A stretch of DNA of 64,000 nt from Eledone cirrhosa. Taxonomy: Eukaryota. The position numbers and the translations under genes were made by a program. The stretch is taken from the NCBI GenBank assembly GCA_964016885.1, contig OZ024741.1:267096001-267160000 (forward strand), written 5' to 3'. The number at the start of each line of letters is the position of its first letter. Position 1 is the first letter of the stretch. This document shows positions 37,189-48,159 of this stretch, piece by piece. The notes under the pieces are model-generated. The model made no database searches. It was not told the DNA's origin and saw only the letters and a list, made by a program, of their open reading frames with translations.

Positions 37189-37580
37189 TGTAGCAGACGT
37201 GTGATAGCTAACACAGTGATGGACAGTGGACTGGTACCTGTGGTCAGAATTATGGTGACGGCGATAACCAGCGGCCAATCACAGGATGCGTGAAGAGGAT
37301 GAAGTTTTTGATGATACTGGCCCAGAGGGTCAGATACCCCAGTGAGAGAATATGCTCCCAAATCATTAGACGTGTCCATCGAACCTGCAAGTCCAGAATC
37401 AGACAGATCCACAGAATGAACGCGTCTCGAGCTGTCCGCCGGGGAAACAATTGTAACACACAATAAATTGAGTTCAGATGCATCACTGATTTTTCGTTTT
37501 CTATCATACTCTGCTCTGTAAGAGCATAGAGTGCTCAACTGGCATACCGCCCATGGAAGTATCTTAGCTACCATCAGACA
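37189..37580 (+). mobile_element. Putative solo LTR related to 29577-30071
   Basis: TGTAG...ACA ends, AATAAA at about 37462, and shared TCGAGCTG..GAAACAATTGTAA and TCATACTCTGCTCT..GAGTGCTCA blocks. Confidence 0.45.
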
Positions 37581-37604
37581 CATATATATATTTATATATA
37601 CTAA

Positions 37605-39196
37605 TACAGAATGGGGTCATACCAAATGACTGGCGTAGCAGCATCATCATTAATTGCTACAAGGGTAAAGGAGATGCTCTAGATAGGGGAAACTATAGAG
37701 GCATTAAGTTAGTTGACCAGGTCATGAAGGTCACAGAAAGGGTTATAGCACAACTAATCAGAGATCGAATTGATCTAGATGAAATGCGGATGCTCTTTTT
37801 CTTGTACAACAACTACAGGAGAAGTACCTAGCTAAAAGTAAACTCCTCTTCTTAGCTTTTGTTGACTTGGAGAAAGCCTTTGACAGAGTCTCCTGTTCCA
37901 TTATCTGGTGGGCTCTTAGAAAACTTAAAGGCCTTAAAATTAACTTGTCTAAGACTAAAGTTCTAGTATGTAGAAAGGAAAATAGGGCACATGTGCCCTC
38001 TGGGAAATAGCCATGCTCAGTGTGTAGGAAAGGAGTAGGTAGAAATTCCATTTTATGTCCCAAATGCAAATTATGGGTACATAAAAGATGTAGTGGGATC
38101 ACAGGTAAGCTATCTAAGAACCTAGATGTGGCCGATGCTCAGGTGCAATAAGTAGCAAGTGCCCACAGGATACTAGCTTCTTCTATTGCCCAGATGGTTC
38201 TATTGAAATAGTGGACACTTTCCGTTACCTGGGTGACAAAATCAGCAGTGGCGGAGGGTGCTCTGAAAGTACAGTATCCAGAGTCAGACCAGGATGGAAA
38301 AAGTTCAGAGAGCTTATACCGCTGTTGGCCACAAAAGGTTTCTCTTTAAAAATGAAAGGCAGATTGTATGATGCCTGCATACGAACAGCAATGTTACATG
38401 GCAGTGAGACATGGGCTTTGTGTGCAGAGGACCTGCGCAGACTGGAAAGGAACGAAGCATGCATGCTCCAATGGATGTGTAATAGTAATATACGCAAACG
38501 GCAAAACATAAATGAACTAAGTGAGAAATTAGGAATAAGAGGGATCAGATGCTGTTTACTTGAGAGAAGACTACGTTGGTATGGTCATGTGATGCGCATG
38601 AAAGACGACAGCTGTATAAAAAAGTGCAGGGCGATCAAAATTAATGGAAGGTACGGAGTAGGTAGACCCAGAAAAACCTGGGATGATTTGATAAATTCCG
38701 ACCTTACACACTTGCACCTCTCTAAGACAATGTCACTGGACAGAGATTTTTGTCGCCACGCAGTAATACAGAAGACCCGCCTTGCCTATGTACAAAGTGA
38801 AACCTGCAGTCAGTAGGCACCTCTTAACCAAATATACACCTCCATCCCACTACCTCTACTCCACCCTCCCACTCCGATCAACACCACCCTTTCAATGTAA
38901 AGTTATGTTGGTACCACAACACCCAGTCCAAGCTAATGAGATCGTGTAGGTTTCACGACAAAAAAAACACACGGTCCACGCTGTAATGTGACCGTGTAGG
39001 TAACACGGTAAAAAGCTCCCAGTCCACACTGTAAATGTGGTTGGTGTTAGGAAGGGCATCCAGCGATAGAAAACCTGCCAGATAGTACTATACGAGCGAG
39101 ACACGGTCACCTGACCAACCTTGCCTCAAGTGGGACAACTCCCGTCTAACCCATGCTAGCGTGGAAGATAGACGTTAAACAATGATGATGATGATG
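37605..39196 (+). mobile_element. RTE LINE subfamily C with internal deletions and a complete 3'UTR
   Basis: ORF 38211-38816; tail GACGTTAAACAA(TGA)n. Confidence 0.92.
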
Positions 39197-39291
39197 TATG
39201 TTTATATATATATACATGTATGTATGTATATATATATATATACATGTATATATATACATGTATGTATGTATATATATATATATATGTATGT

Positions 39292-39340
<49 letters not shown>

Positions 39341-39819
39341 AGTATGTATACGTACATATATATGTACAGACGTACAGTAGTATGTATATATATACATACA
39401 TGCACATATATATATATATGTACGTATCGGTTTATCGAACATTTATTATAATTTTCGGTTTGTTTGTAAACAAACAGCCCGATTACGCCGTACAGTGCTC
39501 GGCAACCATTGTCGCCCTTTTGTTCAACACTGACACAGGAACTATGAACTAGTTTCAAGCTTATTAGCTATCGTCAGCATCGTATACCTTTCTGTCAGAT
39601 GATTGAACAATTACTCTCATTGATTGATTAGCCAATAAGACGATACATTACAAAAGATGTTTGGCAGGGATCACCACGGCCAGTGAAACCCCTTGAATTT
39701 TTTATTCACAAGCTACGCATATATCTCACAGAAACGCAGACTTAAAACATTCTGTTGTTAGTCACTACGTGTCTAACAGATATACATGCATACACATTGC
39801 GCACGGACTTAAACTTACA

Positions 39820-40147
39820 CTCAGTAGGCACCTCTTAATCCAATATACACCCCACACCGCCCACACCCCCTTCCACTTCCGCCCACACCACCCTTACTCT
39901 GTAAAGTTATGTTAGTACCACAAACCATTCAGTCCACACTGTAAAGTGGTCGTGTAGGAGACACGGCGAAAAGCACCCAGCACACACTGTAAATGAGGTT
40001 GGCGTTAGGAAGGGTATCCAGCTGTAGAAAACCAGCCAGAAACAGTCCTATACGCGCGAGATACGGTCACCTGACCCAACTTGCCTCAAATGGGACAAGC
40101 CCGTCTAACCCATGCTAGAGTGGAAGATAGACGTTAAACGATGATGA
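39820..40147 (+). mobile_element. RTE 3'UTR-only copy
   Basis: Similar to 38810-39196; ends GACGTTAAACGATGATGA. Confidence 0.8.
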
Positions 40148-40633
40148 TATCCAACCTTATTCTTATTCCACACCTAATTCTCTCAAAACCCACGTTAATT
40201 TTCCCGTGAAATCCTTTCAAAAGCTTTTCCCAGATGAACAAACCCCTAAAACAAATTCTCCCTCTTGTCCTTGTACTTCTGTAATTGCCTCACAATAAAA
40301 ATTGCATCAGTCCTTTTTCCTAACAGAACTCCAAACAACATTTTTGTGTGTATTCAGTTTAGAATAGGCATGATGTGTCTCTGCATGTCATAGGAGGTAA
40401 CTAAAAGATATCTATAAGTAAGGAAATCAGGAAAACCGGAATTTTATTGAAATCCCCTGCTTCATTTATTCTGCACTGAATTACAGACACTCCCTTGTCA
40501 CTCATGTTGTCTGCCAGAAATGTAGCAAACCAGTTTGTTAAAACCTGTAACTTACTATGTTAATCTTCATCAGTTTCAATATAAAATAAATAAAAATGAA
40601 TATTTTTTTGTTATGTTTTGGTGCTAACATTAA

Positions 40634-40880
40634 GGTGCATGGCTTAGTGGTTAGGGTATTCATCTCACAATCATAAGGCTTTCAGTTCGATTCCTGGTCG
40701 CTCGTTGTGTCCTTGAATAAGACACTTCATTTCACGTTGCTCCAATCCCCCCAGCTGACAAAAATGAGTTGAACCTGTAATTCAAACGGTACTTGCTTGT
40801 TAAATTCTCGAACAAGCTGTTCCATTGTTCAAACAACTGGAACAGACATTGTCGAAACTGACGGAGGTCCAACAACAATA
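40634..40880 (+). mobile_element. CORE-type SINE with an alternative tail; second copy at 41900-42160
   Basis: tRNA head plus GTGTCCTTGAATAAGACACTTCATTTCAC, followed by a CCTGTAATTCAAA..CAACTGGAAC tail unlike the RTE-type tail. Confidence 0.75.
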
Positions 40881-40999
40881 GTATCTCGCAGTAATGATTC
40901 CATCAAATTATTAAAACAATGATGTTTTATAAAGTGCATCGAGGGTACAAAGTTTAATGTATTGAGTGTATAGGAACCGCAAAATCTGTGTCTGTGTGC

Positions 41000-41039
<40 letters not shown>

Positions 41040-42589
41040 AAGTAAATGTGTGCGTGTTTGAGGAGGGCTGAAGAAGAAAGAGAGAGTGAGAGAGGTTTGT
41101 GTGCCATGTTTTTCAAAGGAAAGAATAAAAATGTCTTCAATATTTCAGATGCTAGTCCTTTATCTGAAAGAGAATGAGGAAAGGAGTGAAGAAAAAAGTG
41201 TTATGCAGGTCATCCAGTTGTAGAAACTGTTTGAGTTGATAATTCTTTGAAAATACTTTGAGTTACTCTTGTGTGTTAATGCATTGTTACTATGTGGTGG
41301 TGAGAATCGGGTGAGTTGTTGGTTATGTGTGTACCTTTGCTATGCATGTTTTGGTATGTTTTTGTTTTAGCTGGATGGCCTTCCTATCATTAAACCACTT
41401 TATAGCATGGACCGAGTGCATTTTATTGTGCTACTAGCACTAGAGAGGTCATCCAGGACTAATGAATCCTCTCCACACTATTAGGTAATAGTTTGAATAA
41501 TTGCTCTTCTAGATGGGTCGCCTTCACCAAAGCTTACAGAGTCCACATTGCCCCGTGCAGTTTTTGTATGGAGTTATTGTTCTTCAAGACAGGCGGTAAA
41601 GTGTGCAAGTATTTATTCAGTTACTTCTCTTAGATGGGCTGCCTTCACTGTGTCTTGCAGAAGCCGTCTACTCAAAATGCACACACACACACACACACAC
41701 ACATTAATGTTAATTATATAATTATAATTTCTAACTTCAGAGCATTCACCTTAAGCATTTTCACCTTTCACTGACGAGATCTAATAAGATTGAAACATGC
41801 CTGTTACTTTCACGAAGTTGGCTTATAAACATGGTCCATTTTTATTGCATTGTTTTAAATTGTTCCAAAAGACTAGGCTCTGAAATTTTCTCTATATAGG
41901 ATCGTGAGTTCGATTCCCGGCAGCGTGTTGTGTTCTTCTGCAAGATACATTATTTCACATTGCTCCAGTTCACTCAGCTGGGAAAAATGAGTTGTGCCTG
42001 TAATTCAAAGTGACAGCTTTGTCACACATTATGTCACGTTGGATTTCTCTGAGAACTACGTTAAGGGTACACGTGTCTATCGAATGCTCAGCCACTTGCA
42101 CGTTACGTTCACCTGAAGGCTGTTCCGATGATCAATCAATTGGAACACTGGTCGTCGGACACACATAATACTCGTGTCGATTTAATCGATTTTCCCCTGC
42201 CCTCAAAATTGCTAGCTTTGTGTCAACATTAGAAACCATTATTACAAGCAGTTTCCACTACTCATACATACATATATATATTTCGATTTTTTTTGTTGTC
42301 TTTTTTCGGACCTTTTTTCTGTTTCTCCATTGTGATCCTATCTCTATTTTGTACTCCCGAAGAAGGGCTTAAGCCTGACACGTCGAACTTTCTTTCCAAT
42401 ATAAAGCGTGAAATTAATAAAACCTTTTGTACCTCTATGTGTTGTCTCCTTGAACTATATATATATATATATATAAGGAATTTATATCTAGTAACATTTA
42501 TATACACACAGATGCATATCAATGCTAGCAAATATATAGGTTTTGTCTTATTAACAATGTGGTACAATGCATGGGGTTGCAGAACAATA

Positions 42590-42702
42590 ATATGAGAGAC
42601 GTAAAATAAGAAAATTATAAAATTAACTTACTTACTAAATTAGTTGGAAGTGATTTTTTAGTAAGTTAATTTTATAATTTTCTTATTTTACGTCTCTCAT
42701 AT
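42590..42702. repeat. Perfect inverted repeat with 43-bp arms and a 27-nt spacer
   Basis: ATATGAGAGACGTAAAATAAGAAAATTATAAAATTAACTTACT (42590-42632) and its reverse complement (42660-42702). Confidence 0.9.
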
Positions 42703-43381
42703 ATATATATATATATATATCATGAGGAATTTATAGTTTACTTGAAGCATTGTGTATGGTAATCTGGCATATATATAATACATATATATAAAGAATGGCG
42801 CTGTTTTGTCTTTCCTTTATTGGTGTAAAAACAATTAAAAAAACTTTGTTGTTGATCTTACGGGAGATTTGAACTCTGCACTCTCCTGACACCTAATTCA
42901 ATGTATAAATTATGTATTGTTTAAAGGCAGATGTTTTTTTTTATTTTAATTTTATTTTATATTTGTGTGTGTATTTATCCCGAAATAGTGAAAACCTATT
43001 GGCCTTTTGACCCGTCACCATCTTTGCTACTGCTACATTTCCGACCGACCACTCTTACTGTATTTCTGTATCTGTCTTAAGTTAAAAATTAGTAACACAC
43101 TAATCACCGTATCGTCTGCCATATGAGCTGTGTAACTGATGCCACCTATTCTTCTGATTCATCTGGCCTGTTGCTTCACTTTCCTTGAATTAACTGCTGC
43201 CACATAACTAACTAGGGGATGATATATCAAGCATCCTTTTAATTAACTTTGGTATTTTTTTTCTTCGTTAATCGAACTCGTTTGTAAGTAACGTGATGCT
43301 CTCCCTCCCCAATGCTTGGAAAAAGCAAAGATAAATACAATCCCTAACATTTGAAAACAAAAATTCTAAAAAAAAAAAAAA

Positions 43382-44233
43382 ATGTCCCTGAATTGTGGAT
43401 CGACGTTTGCTCCTGAGACAACACCTTTGACCAGACCTAATGAACAAAATAATGCATGTCGTTGCTGCGTGAAGAACGTTCGACAATTGCTTCTGTGGTT
43501 TGCAATTGTTTGGATTTTTATTGTATACTTTTCTGCCGCCTTACCATTGTTTCCACCCAAAATCATTCTTGTTTTGGGTTTAGTCACAAGTTTGTTGTCC
43601 CTTTTGTTTTTCACAACGTTTTTCATCACGAAATTCAGCGATCCAGTTGATCCGGTCTCATGCATTGGCAGTTCGTCGGAGGAAGACGAACCCGTTGAAT
43701 CGTCAGCTCTGTTCAAAGTCGCCATAAAATACGACGAAGACCTTCGTTACTGCCCCAAGTGCAACACCTACGTATGCGGCTCATCCTACCACTGTTCCAG
43801 ATGTCAGAAATGTGTGTTCTTGTTCGACCATCATTGCATTTGGCTAAACAACTGTATCGGCGGACGCAACTACGCCTTTTTCTTTGTCACCTCGAGTTTG
43901 GCCTTTATTCTGACTGCAACGATTTTCACCAGCACTATAGTCGTCCTCGCAGAGCGTATCCATTACATCCTGTTGGTCGGCTGGAAGGTGTTTATGTGTC
44001 GTTACATGACCAAGCACGATACTTTGCCCGCTTTCAAAATCCTCTTCATCCACTGTCGACCCGACATCTGGTTGACGTTGGTGTTCGCCACCGAGATACT
44101 GGTATTCGCCATAATGTTTTTGCTTCTGTTTCTGGTCTGCTTTCATTTGTATTTAATGTGCACCAACACGACGACGCTGGAGTACTTACGTCAGACTCAG
44201 AACTACCCAGTTCGCACACTTTGGAATACTTAA
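43382..44233 (+). CDS. DHHC-type palmitoyl acyltransferase, ZDHHC1/ZDHHC11-like, intronless, 283 aa
   Basis: Four hydrophobic TM segments, DP after TM2, an intact cysteine-rich domain [33 protein letters not shown], and the TTxE motif (TTLEY). ATG to TAA is uninterrupted, and AATAAA occurs downstream at about 44627, 44733 and 44871. Confidence 0.92.
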   Translation: MSLNCGSTFAPETTPLTRPNEQNNACRCCVKNVRQLLLWFAIVWIFIVYFSAALPLFPPKIILVLGLVTSLLSLLFFTTFFITKFSDPVDPVSCIGSSSEEDEPVESSALFKVAIKYDEDLRYCPKCNTYVCGSSYHCSRCQKCVFLFDHHCIWLNNCIGGRNYAFFFVTSSLAFILTATIFTSTIVVLAERIHYILLVGWKVFMCRYMTKHDTLPAFKILFIHCRPDIWLTLVFATEILVFAIMFLLLFLVCFHLYLMCTNTTTLEYLRQTQNYPVRTLWNT

Positions 44234-44919
44234 AAGAAAATCGTCTGCCTGTTTGAAAGAAGGAAAAACCAACACATACCCCTCCCTGGAAAATATGGTG
44301 TCAGTTTTTTCCCCCCTCTTTTGTTTTGGATTTGTTTCATACTAACATTCAGAATATAAACACACATATATATACCCAATATTTCTGAAGATTTTCAGAC
44401 TTTTTTTTTTAATTCGTCTTACATGAAGTTGGCATAACTTTACCAATTTGATTTTCCATCGAATTGCCTTTGTCATATATATATATATATTCCTCCAGAT
44501 AATTAAAACCACCGTAATGTTTTTCTGTTTATTGTTTTAAGAATTCCCTCATGTCTTTGATTTGACATGTTTAACAATGGAGGGAACAAAAAAAAAAATC
44601 AAAATTCAAACTACAACAAAGATAATAATAAAGAGAACAAACAAACAAACAAACAAAATACCCCACCCCTCAGAAAAAAAAAATTAATATAAACAAACCT
44701 CTCCAATGAAAGATTTCATTTCTTATGTTAGCAATAAACCGCCAATGTCTTCCTTTACACCAAATATGTTTTTTGGTATTTGAATGAAGGAAAATTTACG
44801 GAATTAAATTTACCATTTCTTTTTGCCATTGTTTCTGTAATTGTTAAAGTTAATTTTTTTTAAAAATTCCAATAAAAGGTAATTTCTTTGAAAACAATTT
44901 AAAAAAAACGTATTTTAGA

Positions 44920-45528
44920 ATTTTACTTATTATTGTATATACCCTTGTAATAGACCCCTCCCCCCTCGTATTTTGTCAAGCAATTAGGATATTTCCATGA
45001 ATTTCCTTAAATATTCGGCCCTAGTTCATCGCAGGTAACAGATCAATATTTGCAAATCCAGATATTAAACACACACATCCAGGGATTCTGAAGGAATTTA
45101 AAACTCTTTTAATGCGTCTTTCACGAAGTTGGCATAATTTTACCAGCTTGATTTTCCAACGAATTGCCCTTATATATAAATTTTACTTACTACCGTATAT
45201 ACTTATATAATAGTCACCTCCCCCTTTATATTTTGTCAAGCAATTTGGATATTTTCATGAATTTCGTGTGATGATCGGTCCTAGTTCATCGCAGGTAACA
45301 GATCAATATTTGCAAATCCAGGGGCGGTGAATTGGCAGTATCGGTAGAGGGTTGGACGCCATGCTTTCTAGCATAATTACGTCCCTTTACAGTCTGAGTT
45401 CAAATCCCGCCGAGGTTAACTTTGCCTTTCATCCTTACGGGGTCGATAAAATAAAGTACCAGTAATGTACTGGGTAATTGCTGGTCTTGTGCCTAAAGTA
45501 GAAACAAATATTTGCAAATCCAGATATT
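44920..45528 (+). repeat. Local direct duplication of about 145 bp downstream of the ZDHHC gene
   Basis: TTTTACTTA..TTTTGTCAAGCAATT..CTAGTTCATCGCAGGTAACAGATCAATATTTGCAAATCCAG at 44920-45066 and 45180-45321. Confidence 0.8.
45322..45506 (+). mobile_element. Full-length young SINE family A with a 17-bp TSD
   Basis: AATATTTGCAAATCCAG occurs at 45305-45321 and 45507-45523. The A-box TGGCAGTATCGG and B-box GTTCAAATCC are present. Confidence 0.93.
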
Positions 45529-45669
45529 ATCCCTGAATATAATAAAGAAATTAATTTTTCTACGCTACTATATTCTGATTTATGCAAGAGGACATATTTA
45601 TAAGAGTTACACAGCCATTGCTTGTGTGTTTTGATGTGTAGTAGAAACATCGTTATTATTCCTGTAATT

Positions 45670-46066
45670 CAATGGCTATAGAATGTCGAAGCGTTCGAGA
45701 GTTGCAAAAAACAAAAAAAAACGCATGTTGGTGTAACATTCTAGGTTCAAATCTCATTGGGGTCAATTTTGCCGTTCATTCTTACAGGGTTGATAAAATA
45801 AAATAGTAGTCAAGTAATGTTTATTTAATCGGACGTTTTCCTTTCTCTAAAATTACTGGCCTTGTGCTTAAATTAGAAACCATCATTATTGGCAGTATCG
45901 GTAGAAGGTCGGACGCCATGCTTTGACGCATTGAGTTACTGCCCTTCCCATTCTGAGTTCAAATCCCGCCGAGGTTAACTTTGCCTTTCATCCTTACGGG
46001 GTCGATAAAATAAAGTACCAGTAATACACTGAGTTAATAGCTAGCCTTGTACCAAAAGTAGAAACA
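45670..46066 (+). mobile_element. Two tandem SINE family A copies
   Basis: The body motif occurs at 45670-45880 and 45890-46066. Confidence 0.85.
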
Positions 46067-46543
46067 ATGTAATTCATTTTTTTATTTTTATTTTTTTAAT
46101 TAAAAAAAAAATCAATTTTAGCCTCTGTTTAGCATTTTGGATTCTAGTGTGAATTTCAGCCCCTCGAAAATACTATCCGTGTAATCGTGGACTTATAAAT
46201 CTAACCTAAAAATAGTCTTAACAATTCAACTTTTGTAAGATACGAGTATATATATATATATACATTTAGGTTTGGCAACTGCTAATTCTTTTGGCCGCCT
46301 TCTCGTCTTGGGCATCTCTCTGCTTTTCAGCCCCTTGGATTGTGTCTATTATATTCTTTTGTTAAATTTTGGAATACCTGATGTCACCGGATTCATATTA
46401 AACCCGGTCATTGAAATGTTCATAGTATAATAAACCTTTAAGGAATTACACCAGTCCAGCCTACTGTCATTTTATAATTATATTTATATATAAGAGGGTG
46501 TTAAAGTTTGCTTGAAGCATTGTGAAATGTGTAAAATACGTAT

Positions 46544-47020
46544 TTAAGAAAGCCACAACAATGCAGAGGGAAATCTCGAGGTAGGAAGTGAAAGATAGAT
46601 AGGAAAAACAGGTGAAAGTGAAAATTGAGAGAGACAAAGATGAAAACAAAACAAAGGTAGAAGGGTTACCGTAGTAGAGATTTAATCCCAATATTTCGGG
46701 CTCACGCCCATCAACGGGGGAAAGTTCCAAAAGGGGGGGAACAGGCCAAGCGGAGAAAGTTGTGATGTCGTTAAGACAGGAATGCCGTCTTAACGACATC
46801 ACAACTTTCTCCGCTTGGCCTGTTCCCCCCCTTTTGGAACTTTCCCCCGTTGATGGGCGTGAGCCCGAAATATTGGGATTAAATCTCTACTACGGTAACC
46901 CTTCTACCTTTGTTTTGTTTTCATCTTTGTCTCTCTCAATTTTCACTTTCACCTGTTTTTCCTATCTATCTTTCACTTCCTACCTCGAGATTTCCCTCTG
47001 CATTGTTGTGGCTTTCTTAA
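46544..47020. repeat. Large palindrome: two 234-bp arms around a 9-nt loop
   Basis: 46544-46777 is the reverse complement of 46787-47020, with loop AGGAATGCC. The opposite-strand ORFs give the same peptide over the arms. Confidence 0.95.
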
Positions 47021-47059
47021 CTACATATTTATATATATATATATATATAGTTTATTCAT

Positions 47060-47830
47060 GAGAGTTTCTACTGCATTACCTGATGGACCTACGTGTTTCC
47101 GAGGTGTAATCTTATTTTTTGTGAGGGTTTGGGAATGGACAAACTCCCCACGTTAGTGTAATGCATCAGCCTTGCTTTGTTATGTAAGTTAGCTAACTTG
47201 TTTCTTGCGTTATTTTAATGTTTGCTCTGTTGTGTAATTTTGAGTGCTAATCATGTAGTGTATATCGTGTTGTTGTTTTATTTTATCAGGTGTTTATTTA
47301 TTCAATTTAAACGTGCATATATAACTAGTAAGCCATGACAGACTTTTGGAAGTATCGAGAACTCCTTACAGTTTGTAATCAAAAAGAGTTAGGGAGTTCT
47401 TTTGCTTCTTTTGTGTTTTTAATCATTATTTTAAACGATTTTAATATACCCATGGAGGAAGCCAAGTATCATGCTGTTTTCTTTTGCATCTGAGTAGTTA
47501 GCAATTTGCGTTTCTTGGATTCTTCTTTCAACGAGTTGGGGTTAACCCTGCTTCATGAAAAATCTTAGACATCCCAATAGTAGATCTTAGACATTCCAAT
47601 ATGGTTTTGCCAATTTGGGTACGGAATCTATCAATAGCTTGAAAATAGCTAGTACATTGTGTGTGTGTGTGTGTGTGTGTACGTGCGGAGATTCTGTTTG
47701 AGTTGTGCTGTTAAATTGATTTGTTGTTGTTGCACGTGACTTTACATAGTATGTTCAGTGTATTGTTTTTGAATTGCATATATTGAAAGTGCTCTGCGTT
47801 CTGTATGCAATGCCTAGTAACTCTTTCCTG
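47060..47830 (-). mobile_element. Possible highly decayed Penelope-like element
   Basis: Weak remnants only (AYRTQSTFNICNS, IPYP), resembling the PLE RT thumb and linker. Confidence 0.3.
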
Positions 47831-47837
47831 TTGTATT

Positions 47838-48117
47838 GGGCGGTGGATTGTCAGTATCGTTAGAGCGTTGGACATGATTCGCGGCATAGTTACGGCCCTT
47901 TACGTTCTGAGTTCAAATCCCCCCAAAGTTAACTTTGCCTTTCATTATGGGGTCGATTAAATAAAGTACCAGTGACGCACTGGGATCGATTCCTGGTGAC
48001 ACGTTATGTTATTTTTTCCTAATAGGGCTGGAAGCCTCTATTATTAAATATAAGGGAAACCTACTACGAGATGCAACCTTGCTAAACCTACATAGGTGTG
48101 AGCTGTAAATTTCATTT

Positions 48118-48159
<42 letters not shown>

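Noticed and set aside
39146-39558. Tyr/Ile-rich ORFs (also at 24648-24908)
   Set aside because: They are translations of (TA)n/(TATG)n microsatellites.
46467-47061. Two nearly identical proteins on opposite strands
   Set aside because: They are a by-product of the palindrome and show no coding signature.
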